DNA from: Nemertoderma westbladi
Taxonomy: Eukaryota; Animalia; Xenacoelomorpha
Direction: 5' to 3'
Length of the DNA: 64,000 bases
Assembly: GCA_032718475.1 (NCBI GenBank)
Contig: JAUCBJ010007488.1
Span: forward strand, 62,001 to 126,000
A program made the translations under genes and the position numbers. How positions within the stretch are numbered: position 1 is the stretch's first letter; each line of letters starts with the position of its first letter. Under the pieces are notes generated by a model. The model had not been told where the DNA came from. It made no database searches and saw only the letters and a list, made by a program, of their open reading frames with translations. This document shows positions 12,437 through 26,415 of the stretch, piece after piece.

Positions 12437-13109
12437 TGCTGGGGTAGTGTATATCCATCCGCACTCATTATTCTGATAATATGAGTTATATCTGAGTTAT
12501 TTCTGATAATCTCTGTATCCTTTGTTATTTATATCAACGGCTAAAATCGCAACCCAATCTCAACCATCAATTCCAATTCTGGTGTTGCTCGGCTTACTCA
12601 TAACTTCGCAACTAATTGACTTCACACATACATCAATTAAGACTATTCTCATGCGTAACAATAATAATAAATCATTATCATAAGTCATTTTTTGTATAAA
12701 TGTGATGCCCTAGATAGGAGTCTCTTCCCACAAGATTTTTATGATGTTGAGAATAGCCAGAAGTTGAAATTTTTAATGTGCAATGACCAAGTAAATAGTG
12801 CACGGCTGTTGAGGGGTTTGTACTATTGTAGGTGCGAAATAATAAATGTAAGAATTTAATTTGATTTGTATCTAATTTGTGATGTAAATTGGTTAATTGT
12901 GTATTATTTGGTAGTTAATTTGTATAAAATTCGATGTCTTATAAGCCATTGTTGTTGGTTGGGGGCCGCTGTGCCCAAGACATTATAAATGATCTATTCA
13001 TTCATTCATTCATTCAATAAAAATAATAATGAATTAATCAATATAAAACTGCACCAAATTCCCACCACCTATCAGAACAATACAATTAAAAATATAAAAA
13101 CAATACAAT

Positions 13110-13470
13110 TAAATATGGTGCACTGGGGATTAATATCGGTCTGCGAGGTCATTGCCCCGCAGACCCGCACCATCCCCAAAGCCATATTGGATGTCATATG
13201 GTTGAATTCAGTCATTCCAAGCAATAAGCAATTTGTAAGGCATCGAGTTATTAAAATAAAAATAATTGGAAACAAATTTAATATGATAATAAAATATGTG
13301 CCAGGAACTATAAACCCAGCTGATGCCCCAAAAGGGGAATGTCTGCAAAACAGCTAATAGAAGGGGAATGTCTGCAAAACAGCTAATAGAATATAATCAA
13401 TGGTTAAATGGTCAAGATTTTTTGTGCAAATCAGAGGATTACTGGACTTCGAGTCCTCCCAATATTCCAC
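13110..13470 (+). pseudogene. Degenerate BEL/Pao pol fragment (end of RNase H region)
   Basis: KQFVRHRV...YVPGTINPADA.../RGMSAKQL...WLNGQDFL...EDYW parallels VFVTNRV...HCPGTINPADIASRG...WLGGPDFL...EDEW in the pol at 47579..52189. A ~29-bp tandem duplication (~13332-13390) breaks the frame. Confidence 0.8.
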
Positions 13471-13929
13471 TGAATAAACCCATCATGAGTGATGTTCCCT
13501 TGTTGGAAAGTAATCAACCACTTGCAACTTTACTATCAACCTTAGTATCATTGTAGGATACTAAATTGGACCATTTTATTTTCGGCAGTGATTTTTTATG
13601 TCCTTTTATTTGACTTTTTTTGTCATTTTTTTTTTACGAATTATGCATAATGACTTTTGTTGTCCTTTTAATGACTTTTATTTTCCTTTTAATGACTTTT
13701 TATGTATGTATTTCTTCAAACTGTCAGACTGCTGATTTCTGGACTGTCAGACAGTTGATTTCACTATGCCTGTGCTAAAACATTCCATGATTCCATGATT
13801 TATAGACTATGAGATAGATTTCCATATGCGCCTGTGGTAAAAAGACTCTATATTTAATAGTTTGTGGTTGTTGTCGATAATCGATTACCACATGACGTAG
13901 CAAAACACTCATTTTATAGCCAAAAACAA

Positions 13930-16005
13930 TTACCAATTGATGGAAAGGAGCAGGTTAAGGCCGAGTTTTCTAACCAAAACAATAAACAGTCACTTTACCA
14001 AATCAGGGAAAGGAGCAGGTTACAGAGACGGGATTTTCTAACCAAAACAATAAACGATCACTTAACTAATTGAGGGAAAGGAGCAGGTTCCAGAGGCGGG
14101 ATTTTCTAACCAAAACAATAAACGATCACTTAACTTATTGAGGGAAAGGAGCAGGTTACAGAGGCGGGATTTTCTAACCAAAACAATAAACGATCATTTA
14201 ACTAATTGAGGGAAAGTGACAGGTTACAGAGGCGGAATTTTCTAACCAAAACAATAAACGATCATTTAACTAATTGAGGGAAAGGGGCAGGTTACAGAGG
14301 CGGGATTTTCTAACCAAAACAATAAACGATCATTTAACTAATTGAGGGAAAGGAGCAGGTTACAGAGACGGGATTTTCTAACCAAAACAATAAACGATAA
14401 CATTACCAATTGAGGGAAAGGAGCAGGTTACAGAGGCGGGATTTTCTAACCAAAACAATAAACGATCACTTAACTTATTGAGGGAAAGGGACAGGTTACA
14501 GAGGCGGAATTTTCTAACCAAAACAATAAACGATCATTTAACTAATTGAGGGAAAGGGGCAGGTTACAAAGGCGGGATTTTCTAACCAAAACAATAAACG
14601 ATCATTTAACTAATTGAGGGAAAGGAGCAGGTTACAGAGACGGTATTTTCTAACCAAAACAATAAACGATAACATTACCAATTGAGGGAAAGGAGCAGGT
14701 TACAGAGGCGGGATTTTCTAACCAAAACAATAAACGATAACATTACCAATTGAGGGAAAGGAGCAGGTTACAGAGGCGGGATTATCTAACCAAAACAATA
14801 AACGATCACTTAACTTATTGAGGGAAAGGGACAGGTTACAGAGGCGGAATTTTCTAACCAAAACAATAAACGATCATTTAACTAATTGAGGGAAAGGGGC
14901 AGGTTACAAAGGCGGGATTTTCTAACCAAAACAATAAACGATCATTTAACTAATTGAGGGAAAGGAGCAGGTTACAGAGACGGGATTTTCTAACCAAAAC
15001 AATAAACGATAACATTACCAATTGAGGGAAAGGAGCAGGTTACAGAGGCGGGATTTTCTAACCAAAACAATAAACGATCACTTAACTTATTGAGGGAAAG
15101 GGACAGGTTACAGAGGCGGAATTTTCTAACCAAAACAATAAACGATCATTTAACTAATTGAGGGAAAGGGGCAGGTTACAAAGGCGGGATTTTCTAACCA
15201 AAACAATAAACGATCATTTAACTAATTGAGGGAAAGGAGCAGGTTACAGAGACGGTATTTTCTAACCAAAACAATAAACGATAACATTACCAATTGAGGG
15301 AAAGGAGCAGGTTACAGAGGCGGGATTTTCTAACCAAAACAATAAACGATAACATTACCAATTGAGGGAAAGGAGCAGGTTACAGAGGCGGGATTATCTA
15401 ACCAAAACAATAAACGATCACTTAACTTATTGAGGGAAAGGGACAGGTTACAGAGGCGGAATTTTCTAACCAAAACAATAAACGATCATTTAACTAATTG
15501 AGGGAAAGGGGCAGGTTACAAAGGCGGGATTTTCTAACCAAAACAATAAACGATCATTTAACTAATTGAGGGAAAGGAGCAGGTTACAGAGACGGGATTT
15601 TCTAACCAAAACAATAAACGATAACATTACCAATTGAGGGAAAGGAGCAGGTTACAGAGGCGGGATTTTCTAACCAAAACAATAAACGATCACTTAACTT
15701 ATTGAGGGAAAGGGACAGGTTACAGAGGCGGAATTTTCTAACCAAAACAATAAACGATCATTTAACTAATTGAGGGAAAGGGGCAGGTTACAAAGGCGGG
15801 ATTTTCTAACCAAAACAATAAACGATCATTTAACTAATTGAGGGAAAGGAGCAGGTTACAGAGACGGTATTTTCTAACCAAAACAATAAACGATAACATT
15901 ACCAATTGAGGGAAAGGAGCAGGTTACAGAGGCGGGATTATCTAACCAAAACAATAAACGATCATTTAACTAATTGAGGGAAAGGGGCAGGTTACAGAGG
16001 CGGGC
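13930..16005. repeat. 68-bp satellite, ~30 copies, with higher-order structure
   Basis: Unit gagggaaaggagcaggttacagaggcgggattttctaaccaaaacaataaacgatcatttaactaatt. Confidence 0.95.
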
Positions 16006-16914
16006 CTTCTGTGCTGTTGAAAGTAGTGGTGCCGCTATCCGTACCACTACTCAGACAGTAGTCATGATCCATTATTGATTATAAAACTAATACAGTAAGG
16101 CCTAATTATGTGAAAGGTATATCCACATTTTCCACAATCCTGCAATCCAGTTTGGCCTATCAATTATTTAAAATTTATTAGCACAACCGGTAGGCCTACC
16201 ATTACCGTATTTAAATGGTAGGCTACACAGTAGGCCTATAGCAGTACCGGTGCCGGTACTAAAATACAGAAATATCTGCTTTATACCTACATCTGTACAT
16301 ACAATACAGCAAAATAGTGCTATATATACTAATACCGGTACTGATAGCCTGAGAGAACAGCAGTAGAGAAACCGGTAGCATGGAACCTAACATTAGACTT
16401 TTGGAGGACATAAAAAATAAAAAAAAAAGGACAAAAAAAGGATTTAAACGGACAATAAAAATTATTGCGTTTATTTTCAGTAACATATTTCAATATAATT
16501 TATATAAATATACAGTACAGTACAGATGCGTAATGAACAATTAGTATATATCTGATTGAAGGTCTTTGCATTGGCTTGTCGGTACTTTTGTTGTTCTGTT
16601 AACTATTTTATTATGTTATCGTTATTGTTCATATTTTAATTGATTAAATTTTAGCTGATAGCTAACAAGTAGTGCGATTTGAATAAACATAATTATTTAG
16701 ATCCGTAACGTTTCGTATATAATTATATACATCTTCAGCCAAAAATACAACTACTACTAGGTCGAGCGAACTCGGACAAAACAACTAGGTACAAATTAAT
16801 TATTATAATTATTACAGAAAATAACCTAAATTAAAATAAAGACAAATGTAAATAAAATGCGTAAAGAAACGTTCCGAATCGAAATAATTATGTTTTTTCA
16901 AATCGCACGATGTT

Positions 16915-17662
16915 AGGACAATTACGACACGGACAATTACAACCTGGACAATTGCGACCCGGAAAATTGCGACCTGGACAATTGCGACCCGGACAATTGC
17001 GACCTGGACAATTACGACCCGGACAATTACGACCTGGACAATTGCGACACGGACAATTGCGACCTGGACAATTGCGACCCGGACAATTGCGACCTGAACA
17101 ATTGCGACCCGGACAATTGCGACCTGGACAATTGCGACCTGGACAATTGCGACCCGGACAATTGCGACCTGGACAAATACGACCCGGACAATTACGACCT
17201 GGACAATTGCGACCCGTACAATTGCGACCTGGACAACTGCGACCCGGACAATTGCGACCTGGACAATTGCGACCCGGACAATTGCGACCCGGACAATTGC
17301 GACCTGGACAATTGCGACCCGGACAATTGCGACCTGGAAAATTGCGACCTGGACAATTGCGACCTGGACAATTGCGACCCATGATTTCAGAAAAAATTTA
17401 TGGGTCGCAATTGTCCAGGTCGCAATTGTCCGGGTCGCAATTGTCCAGGTCGCAATTGTCCGGGTCGTAATTGTCCAGGTCGCAATTGTCCGGGTCGCAA
17501 TTGTCCAGGTCGCAATTGTCCGGGTCGCAATTGTCCGGGTCGCAATTGTCCGGGTCGCAATTGTCCAGGTCGCAATTGTCCAGGTCGCAATTGTCCGTGT
17601 CGCAATTGTCCAGGTCGCAATTGTCCAGGTCGCAATTGTCCAGGTCGCAATTGTCCGGATCC
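16915..17662. repeat. Inverted (foldback-like) array of a 15-bp unit
   Basis: (ggacaattgcgaccy)n at 16915-17380, a ~21-bp spacer, then the reverse complement (rggtcgcaattgtcc)n at 17402-17656, ending ggatcc. Confidence 0.95.
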
Positions 17663-18984
17663 AGATAAAAAGATGTAATGTATATAATTGATCCCAATAA
17701 TTATATTAATTTACTTCCATAGGTAAATGCCATAAAACTTCCATAAATTATAAAGTAAAACCTTTTTTATGTAATCCAAATTCGAGACTATAAGTCTCAA
17801 GGGGTGAGTGTAATAGATTGGGTATGGGTAATCTACTGTATATGGGTCAATTCTATTTGTCATAATACAGTGCCATCTACCGGTGTTTACAATTATTATA
17901 TTCTTGTTTGTTTACCGGTTATACTGGTGAGCAGTTTAGGTCAGTAGTACTGTAGTACGAATCATTCAGTCAGTCCAGCAGTCGGACCTGACCTAGATAG
18001 GTCATTATAATCTGATAATTATATCCATATATATATATATTATTATTTACTACTGAGAAGTTTACCGGGTGAAGGTTGGTTTTAATTGTTTACAATGGAA
18101 GAATGACTTGATTATAGAATATAAAAAGTGAGAGAGATTTATTTCTATTTATTCATTATTGATCTGTTGATTTGATATTGATACCCCAATTCAATGACAG
18201 ACGTCACTTTTGAAGCTGTCAGGGTGGGTCGATATTACGGTTTCCATTAAGGGTTATTCACTATCGGGCCTACCCTCTAACGTGTAGATATCTCAACTTC
18301 GTCTGAATTATGTGCATCATAAGAAGATGTGAGTTCATGTAATGTATTATTGTTAATTTAATTCTCTAATGGATTAATGCCAAATTCCCTCATTTTCAGA
18401 ACTTATAAGCATATTTTATATTACTAAGCAAAATGCCCAATGAGGCTGGGTATCTGTCGGATTACTCTTGATGACAAGCTAATTTACCTCCCAAACAACT
18501 AAATAGGTCCAAATCCTTTCTGGATCAATCCAATCACTGTCGGTCGTGTTATTTATTATCACTCAGTATCATCAATAATGGTGATGCTAAATAAATATGT
18601 ATGACATATAATATACATGTATAATATATATGTATGTAAATGACATTGTCGGTTGTTATCAATGGTTTCCATACCAAATAGTAAACGAATTAATTGGTTA
18701 CTAACCCACTGTAATTGATGTCTGATAAACTGTCTGCGTTATCAAAAATTAAGACCATTATTGCAGCAATAAATAGTATTACACGAACCATCTCCATTTT
18801 GTGTTCACGTATAAATAATATTTTATATCATAAATATGTGGGAGTTTTTAATGATTGTTGTTTTTTACTAAAACTTTAATTGATATGTATGTCAAAAAAA
18901 TTTAAAAAAAGTTTAAAAATAATAAACAAACAAAATAATATCCCTTGAGGTTAGCGGATGCTGGAGGGGGAGACAGGAACTCAT

Positions 18985-21900
18985 AGATGCCATCGGAAAG
19001 GGTGGGATCCATGGTACCCAGGATGAATGCCATCGGAGAGGGCAGGGTCCATGGTACCCAGGCCATCAGAGAGGGCTGGGTCCATGGTACCCAGGCGTTC
19101 GGAGAGGGGGGATCCATGGTACCCAGGATGAATGCCATCAGAGAGGGCTGGGTCCATGGTACCCAGGCATTCGGAGAGGGGGGATCCATGGTACCCAGGA
19201 TGAAGGCCATTAGAGAGGGCTGGGTCCATGGTACCCAGGCCATCAGAGAGGGCTGGGTCCATGGTACCCAGGCATTCGGAGAGGGGGGGATCCATGGTAT
19301 CCAGGATGGAGGCCATCAGATTGGGCGGGCTCAACAGTACCCAGGATGGAGGGTGGGGTCCATGGTACCCGGGATGGAGGCCATCGGAGAGGGCGGGGTC
19401 CATGGTACCCAGGATGAATGCCATCGGAGAGGGCAGGGTCCATGGTACCCAGGCCATCAGAGAGGGCTGGGTCCATGGTACTCAGGCATTCGGAAAGGGG
19501 GTGATCCATGGTATCCAGGATGGAGGCCGTCAGATTGGGCGGGGTCAACAGTACCCAGGATGGAGGGTGGGGTCCATGGTACCCTGGATGAAGGCCGTCG
19601 GAGAGGGCGGGGTCCATGATACCCAGGATGGAGGCCGTCAGATTGGGCGGGGTTAACAGTACCCAGGATGGAGGGTGGAGTCCATGGTACCCGGGATGGA
19701 GGCCGTCGGAGAGGGCGGGGTCCATGGTACCCAGGATGAATGCCATCGGAGAGGGCAGGGTCCATGGTACCCAGGCCATCAGAGAGGGCTGGGTCCATGG
19801 TACCCAGGCATTCGGAGAGGGGGGATCCATGGTATCCAGGATGGAGGCCGTCAGATTGGGCGGGGTCAACAGTACCCAGGATGGAGGGTGGGGTCCATGG
19901 TACCCGGGATGGAGGGTGGGGTTCATGGTACCCAGGATGGAGGCCATCGGAGAGGGCAGGGTCCATGGTACCCAGGATGGAGGCCGTCAGATTGGGCGGG
20001 GTCAACAGTACCCAGGATGGAGGGTGGGGTCCGTGGTACCCGGGATGGAGGCTGTCGGAGAGGGCAGGGTCCGTGATACCCAGGATGGAGGCCGTCAGAT
20101 TTGGCGGGGTCAACAGTTCCCAGGATGGAGGGTGGAGTCCATTGTACCCGGGATGGAGGCCGTCGGAGAGGGCGGGGTCTATGATACCCGGGATGGAGGC
20201 CATCGGAGAGGGCGGGGTCAACAGTACCCATGATGGAGGCCGTCGGAGAGGGCAGTGTCCATGGTACCCAGGATGGAGGCCGTCGTAGAGGGCGGAATCA
20301 ATGGTACCCAGGAAGGAGGCCGTCGGAGAGGGCGGAATCAATGGTACCCAGAATGGAGGCCGTCTGAGAGGTGGGGCCCAGAGTACCCGGGATGGAGGCC
20401 ATCGGAGAGGGCGGTGTCCATGGTACCCAGGATGGAGGCCATCGGAGAGGGCGGGATCCATGGTACCCAGGATGGAGGCCATCGGAGAGGGTGGAATCAA
20501 TGGTACCCAGGATGGAGGCCGTCGGACAGGGCGGAATCAATGGTACCCAGGATAGAGGCCGTCTGAGAGGTGGGGTCCAGAGTACCCGGGATGGAGGCCA
20601 TCTTAGAGGGCGGTGTCCATGGTACCCAGGATGGAGGCCATCGGAGAGGGCGGGATCCATGGTACCCAGGATGGAGGCCATCGGAGAGGGTGGAATCAAT
20701 GGTACCCAGGATGGAGGCCGTCGGACAGGGCGGAATCAATGGTACCCAGGATGGAGGACGTCTGAGAGGTGGTGTCCAGAGTACCCAAGATGGAGGCCAT
20801 CGGAGAGGGCGGAGTCCATGGTACCCAGGATGCAGGCCATCGGAGAGGGCGGAATCCATGGTACCCAGGATGAAGGACGTCTGAGAGGTGGGGTCCATGA
20901 GTGCCCAGGATGGAGGCCATCGGAGAGGGCGGAATCCATGGTACCCAGGATGAAGGACGTCTGAGAGGTGGGGTCCATGAGTACCCAGGATGGAGGCCAT
21001 TGGAGAGGGCGGAATCCATGGTGCCCAGGATGCAGGCCATCGGAGAGGGCGGAGTCCATGGTGCCCAGGATGGAGGCCATCGGAGAGGGCGGGATCCATG
21101 GTACCCAGGATGGAGGCCATCGGAGAGGGCGGGGTCCATGGTGCCCAGGATGGAGGACGTCGGAGAGGGCACGGTCCATGGTGCCCAGGATGGAGGCCGT
21201 CGGAGAGGGCGGGGTCCATGGTGCCCAGGATGGAGGCCGTCGGAGAGGGCGGATCCATGGTACCCAGGATGGAGGCCATCGGAGAGGGCGGGGTCCATGG
21301 TGCCCAGGATGGAGGACGTCGGAGAGGTGGGCTCCATGGTGCCCAGGATGGAGGCCGTCGGAGAGGGCGGGGTCCATGGTACCCAGGATGGAGGACGTCG
21401 GAGAGGGCAGGGTCCATGGTACCCAGGATGGAGGACGTCGGAGAGGGCGGGGTCCATGGTGCCCAGGATGGAGGCCATCGAGAGGGTGGGGTCCATGGTG
21501 CCCAGGTGGAGGCCGTCGAGAGGGCGGGGTCCATGGTGCCCAGGATCGAGGCTGTCGGAGAGTGTGGGGTCCATGGTGCCCAGGATGGAGGCCGTCGGAG
21601 AGGGCGGGGTCCATGGTGCCCAGGATGGAGGCCATCGGAGAGGGCGGGGTCCATGGTATCCAGGTGGAGGCTGTCGAGAGGGCGGGGTCCATGGTGCCCA
21701 GGATGGAGGCCGTCGGAGAGGGCGGGTCCATGGTGCCCAGGATGGAGGCCGTCGAGAGGGTGGGGTCCATGGTACCCATGTGGAGGCTGTCGAGAGGGCG
21801 GGGTCCATGGTGCCCAGGATCGAGGCCGTCGGAGAGGGTGGGGTCCATGGTGCCCAGGATGGAGGCCGTCGGAGAGGGCGGGGTCCATGGTGCCCAGGAT

Positions 21901-23560
21901 GGAGGCCGTCGGAGAGGGTGGGGTCCATGGTGCCCAGGATGGAGGCCATCGGAGAGGGTGGGGTCCATGGTGCCCAGGATGGAGGCCGTCGGAGAGGGTG
22001 GGGTCCATGGTGCCCAGGATGGAGGCCGTCGGAGAGGGGGGTCCATGGTGCCCAGGATGGAGGCCGTCGGAGAGGGTGGGGTCCATGGTGCCCAGGATGG
22101 AGGCCGTCGGAGAGGGTGGGGTCCATGGTGCCCAGATGGAGGCCGTCGAGAGGGTGGGGTCCATGGTGCCCAATGTGAGGCCGTCGGAGAGGGCGGGGTC
22201 CATGGTACCCAGGATGGAGGCCGTCGGAGAGGGTGGGGTCCATGGTACCCAGATGGAGGCCGTCGGAGAGGGGGGTCCATGGTGCCCAGAATGGAGGCCG
22301 TCGAGAGGGTGGGGTCCATGGTGCCCATGGTGGAGGCTGTCAGAGAGGGCGGGGTCCATGGTGCCCAGGATGGAGGCCGTCGGAGAGGGTGGGGTCCATG
22401 GTGCCCAGGATGGAGGCCGTCGGAGAGGGTGGGGTCCATGGTGCCCAGATGGAGGCCGTCGGAGAGGGCGGGGTCCATGGTGCCCAGGATGGAGGCCGTC
22501 GGAGAGGGTGGGGTCCATGGTGCCCAGGATGGAGGCCGTCGGAGAGGGTGGGGTCCATGGTGCCCAGGATGGAGGCCGTCGGAGAGGGTGGGGTCCATGG
22601 TGCCCAGGATGAAGGCCGTCGGAGAGGGTGGGGTCCATGGTGCCCAGGATGGAGGCCGTCGGAGAGGGTGGGGTCCATGGTGCCCAGGGTGGAGGCCGTC
22701 GGAGAGGGGGGGTCCATGGTGCCCAGAATGAGGCCGTCGGAGAGGGTGGGGTCCATGGTGCCCAGTGAGGCGTCGGAGGGTGGGGTCCATGGTGCCCAGA
22801 TGAAGGCCGTCGGAGAGGGTGGGGTCCATGGTGCCCAGGATGGAGGCCGTCGGAGAGGGTGGGGTCCATGGTGCCCAGGATGGAGGCCGTCGGAGAGGGT
22901 GGGGTCCATGGTGCCCAGGATGGAGGCCGTCGGAGAGGGTGGGGTCCATGGTGCCCAGATGGAGGCCGTCGGAGAGGGTGGGGTCCATGGTGCCCAGGAT
23001 GGAGGCCGTCGGAGAGGGTGGGGTCCATGGTGCCCAGGATGGAGGCCGTCGGAGAGGGTGGGGTCCATGGTGCCCGTGGAGGCCGTCGGAGAGGGCGGGG
23101 TCCATGGTGCCCAGAATGAAGGCCGTCGGAGAGGGTGGGGTCCATGGTGCCCAGGATGGAGGCCGTCGGAGAGGGTGGGGTCCATGGTACCCAGATGAAG
23201 GCCGTCGGAGAGGGTGGGGTCCATGGTGCCCAGGATGGAGGCCGTCGGAGAGGGTGGGGTCCATGGTGCCCGAGATGGAGGCCGTCGGAGAGGGTGGGGT
23301 CCATGGTGCCCAGGATGGAGGCCGTCGGAGAGGGTGGGGTCCATGGTGCCCAGATGAAGGCCGTCGGAGAGGGTGGGGTCCATGGTGCCCAGAATGGAGG
23401 CCGTCGGAGAGGGTGGGGTCCATGGTGCCCAGGATGGAGGCCGTCGGAGAGGGTGGGGTCCATGGTACCCGAGATGGAGGCCGTCGGAGAGGGCGGGGTC
23501 CATGGTGCCCAGAATGGAGGCCGTCGGAGAGGGTGGGGTCCATGGTACCCGGGATAGAGG
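18985..23560. repeat. GC-rich ~40-bp minisatellite
   Basis: Unit ggagagggtggggtccatggtgcccaggatggaggccgtc. All the long overlapping ORFs in this span are translations of the repeat. Confidence 0.95.
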
Positions 23561-23942
23561 CCCTGTTGCCGATCAGAATTGCAATGAAGAGGCCTTGGTG
23601 GAGAAACATATTATTTATAAGTTATTTAACTTATTTGTTTTAAATTAATTGAAAAGATTAAGACTAAATTGAAAAGCAGCAGTCCTACATTTGAATTAAA
23701 ATTATATAACAATTTTATTATAAATTGCATTATAAATTAGAATTTAAATCAAAGTTTAATGATATGATAATCAATGTTAAGAATAATCAATAATGTTTTT
23801 TTTTACATATTTTTCGATGACCTCAGATGACCTCAGATGACCTCGATCTCGATGACCCCAGAAAAAGAAGTCAAAATAACATTTGTTTATTCGCAACATT
23901 ATTTTATCATGTATTTAAAGAACATTATAGGTAAGGTGGGGA

Positions 23943-24086
23943 TTCAAGGTTCTCACCCACCGACAAGTAACAAAAAGAAAGGGTATTATTACAGCGAGCC
24001 TTCCTCAGGCTTTCTGAGAAAACAGAAAGGCTCGCTGTAATAATACCCTTTCTTTTTGTTACTTGTCGGTGGGTGTAGACCTTGAA
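23943..24086. repeat. Long near-perfect inverted repeat (60-bp arms, ~24-nt loop)
   Basis: ttcaaggttctcacccaccgacaag...cagcgagcctt pairs with aaggctcgctg...cttgtcggtgggtgtagaccttgaa. Confidence 0.9.
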
Positions 24087-24241
24087 CTACATTTGTTATA
24101 TTAATTAAATTATTTTTCATCAAACTGAATTAAATTCTGATAGTTATACTAGAATGCTACGCCGGCCGGGTACCATGCGCACATCTCCAATCTTTACTTT
24201 TAGTACACTCTACTATTATTATTTAAATTTAATTTATTTAA

Positions 24242-24970
24242 GGGGGGGGGGGGGGGTACACCATTTTGGTCAAAAATATGTCGAATTTTTTTTATGATCT
24301 ATTATAATGCACCATTGAATGGTGTTTCCAAATCTGAAAACCGCTATTTAATAGCTCTTTTAGTTTTTAAGTTATAACAATTTCCATTTAGGGATTCCTA
24401 TTGAAATTACTATTACTATGTATAATGAAAGGTCGATTATCTCAAAATATTTTTTTTATGAAATTGTCAACTTCAAAACCCTACTACTTCTACAATTTTT
24501 GAGCAATTAGTCTGAAACTTTCTGTGGGTGTCTACATAGCCACCCTGCATAAAAGTATCAGACAACTTTTCGAAATTATTTGTTAATAAAATTTAATACT
24601 ATTTATAACAAACCTAAAAATTAGGCATAAATTTGCAGCGCCACCTAGCGGTGCAGAATTATTTTCACAAAATTTCGCCTGATAGTTATGTTGCCCCATC
24701 TTTGATCTATCATATAAAAAAACTTTCATGTGATTAGATTCAAAACTGTAAAAGCCTTAGGGTTTTAAGCGCAACCAAGTTTTTTTTGTTGTTAACTAGT
24801 ATTAACTAATATTAAATAGCGAAAAATAAAAATTTTCTAACCTGTCATGTAGAATAGCATCTTAGGCACTTATATTCCAAATTATAGCCAAAACCAAACA
24901 ATTTTGAAACGCTGAGAGTGATAAATCGAAGAGTTGTCCGAAAATGGTGTACCCCCCCCCCCCCCCCCCC
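24242..24970. mobile_element. Non-autonomous TIR element (MITE) with TTAA TSD and G-run termini, Kolobok-like
   Basis: ttaa|(g)n tacaccatttt ... aaaatggtgta (c)n|ttaa. A TTAA target with 5'-RR termini fits the Kolobok superfamily. No ORF. Confidence 0.8.
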
Positions 24971-25142
24971 TTAATTTATTTATTTATTTGGGTTATCGGG
25001 CCGAGACCCATTGTACATACTGATATATCATATCACTGAGATTTTAATCCAGGCATATTGCCTATATTGCCTGCCGTACAAATACTTAAGACAAATAAAA
25101 TCAAATAATAGTGAATTAACGATTATTCAATTAACGATTATT

Positions 25143-26415
25143 GAAACGATTATTACACCCTGAAACGATTATTACACCCTGAAACGATTATTACACCCTG
25201 AAACGATTATTACACCCTGAAACGATTATTACACCCTGAAACGATTATTACACCCTGAAACGATTATTACACCCTGAAACGATTATTACACCCTGAAACG
25301 ATTATTACACCCTGAAACGATTATTACACCCTGAAACGATTATTACACCCTGAAACGATTATTACACCCTGAAACGATTATTACACCCTGAAACGATTAT
25401 TACACCCTGAAACGATTATTACACCCTGAAACGATTATTACACCCTGAAACGATTATTACACCCTGAAACGATTATTACACCCTGAAACGATTATTACAC
25501 CCTGAAACGATTATTACACCCTGAAACGATTATTACACCCTGAAACGATTATTACACCCTGAAACGATTATTACACCCTGAAACGATTATTACACCCTGA
25601 AACGATTATTACACCCTGAAACGATTATTACACCCTGAAACGATTATTACACCCTGAAACGATTATTACACCCTGAAACGATTATTACACCCTGAAACGA
25701 TTATTACACCCTGAAACGATTATTACACCCTGAAACGATTATTACACCCTGAAACAATTATTACACCCTGAAACAATTATTACACCCTGAAACGATTATT
25801 ACACCCTGAAACGATTATTACACCCTGAAACGATTATTACACCCTGAAACGATTATTACACCCTGAAACGATTATTACACCCTGAAACGATTATTACACC
25901 CTGAAACGATTATTACACCCTGAAACGATTATTACACCCTAAACGATTATTACACCCTGAAACAATTATTACACCCTGAAACGATTATTACACCCTGAAA
26001 CGATTATTACACCCTGAAACGATTATTACACCCTAAACGATTATTACACCCTGAAACGATTATTACACCCTGAAACGATTATTACACCCTGAAACAATTA
26101 TTACACCCTGAAACAATTATTACACCCTGAAACGATTATTACACCCTGAAACGATTATTACACCCTGAAACGATTATTACACCCTGAAACGATTATTACA
26201 CCTTGAAACAATTATTACACCCTGAAACGATTATTACACCCTGAAACGATTATTACACCCTGAAACGATTATTACACCCTGAAACGATTATTACACCCTG
26301 AAACGATTATTACACCCTGAAACGATTATTACACCCTGAAACGATTATTACACCCTGAAACGATTATTACACCCTAAACGATTATTACACCCTGAAACGA
26401 TTATTACACCCTGAA
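25143..26415. repeat. 19-bp minisatellite, ~67 copies
   Basis: (gaaacgattattacaccct)n, highly homogeneous. Confidence 0.97.

Noticed and set aside
11050-12476. Phe/Tyr-rich ORFs
   Set aside because: Products of the 15/17-bp tandem array.
16888-17697. Pentapeptide-repeat ORFs (GRNCP / GQLRP)
   Set aside because: A 15-bp DNA repeat present in both orientations; the structure is explained at the DNA level.
18902-23648. Many long ORFs (up to 988 aa) on both strands
   Set aside because: They are translations of a stop-poor 40-bp minisatellite in all frames; unit length is not a multiple of 3.
25143-26415. True telomeric repeat
   Set aside because: 19-bp unit, interstitial position and only partial resemblance to TTAGG/TTAGGG-type motifs.
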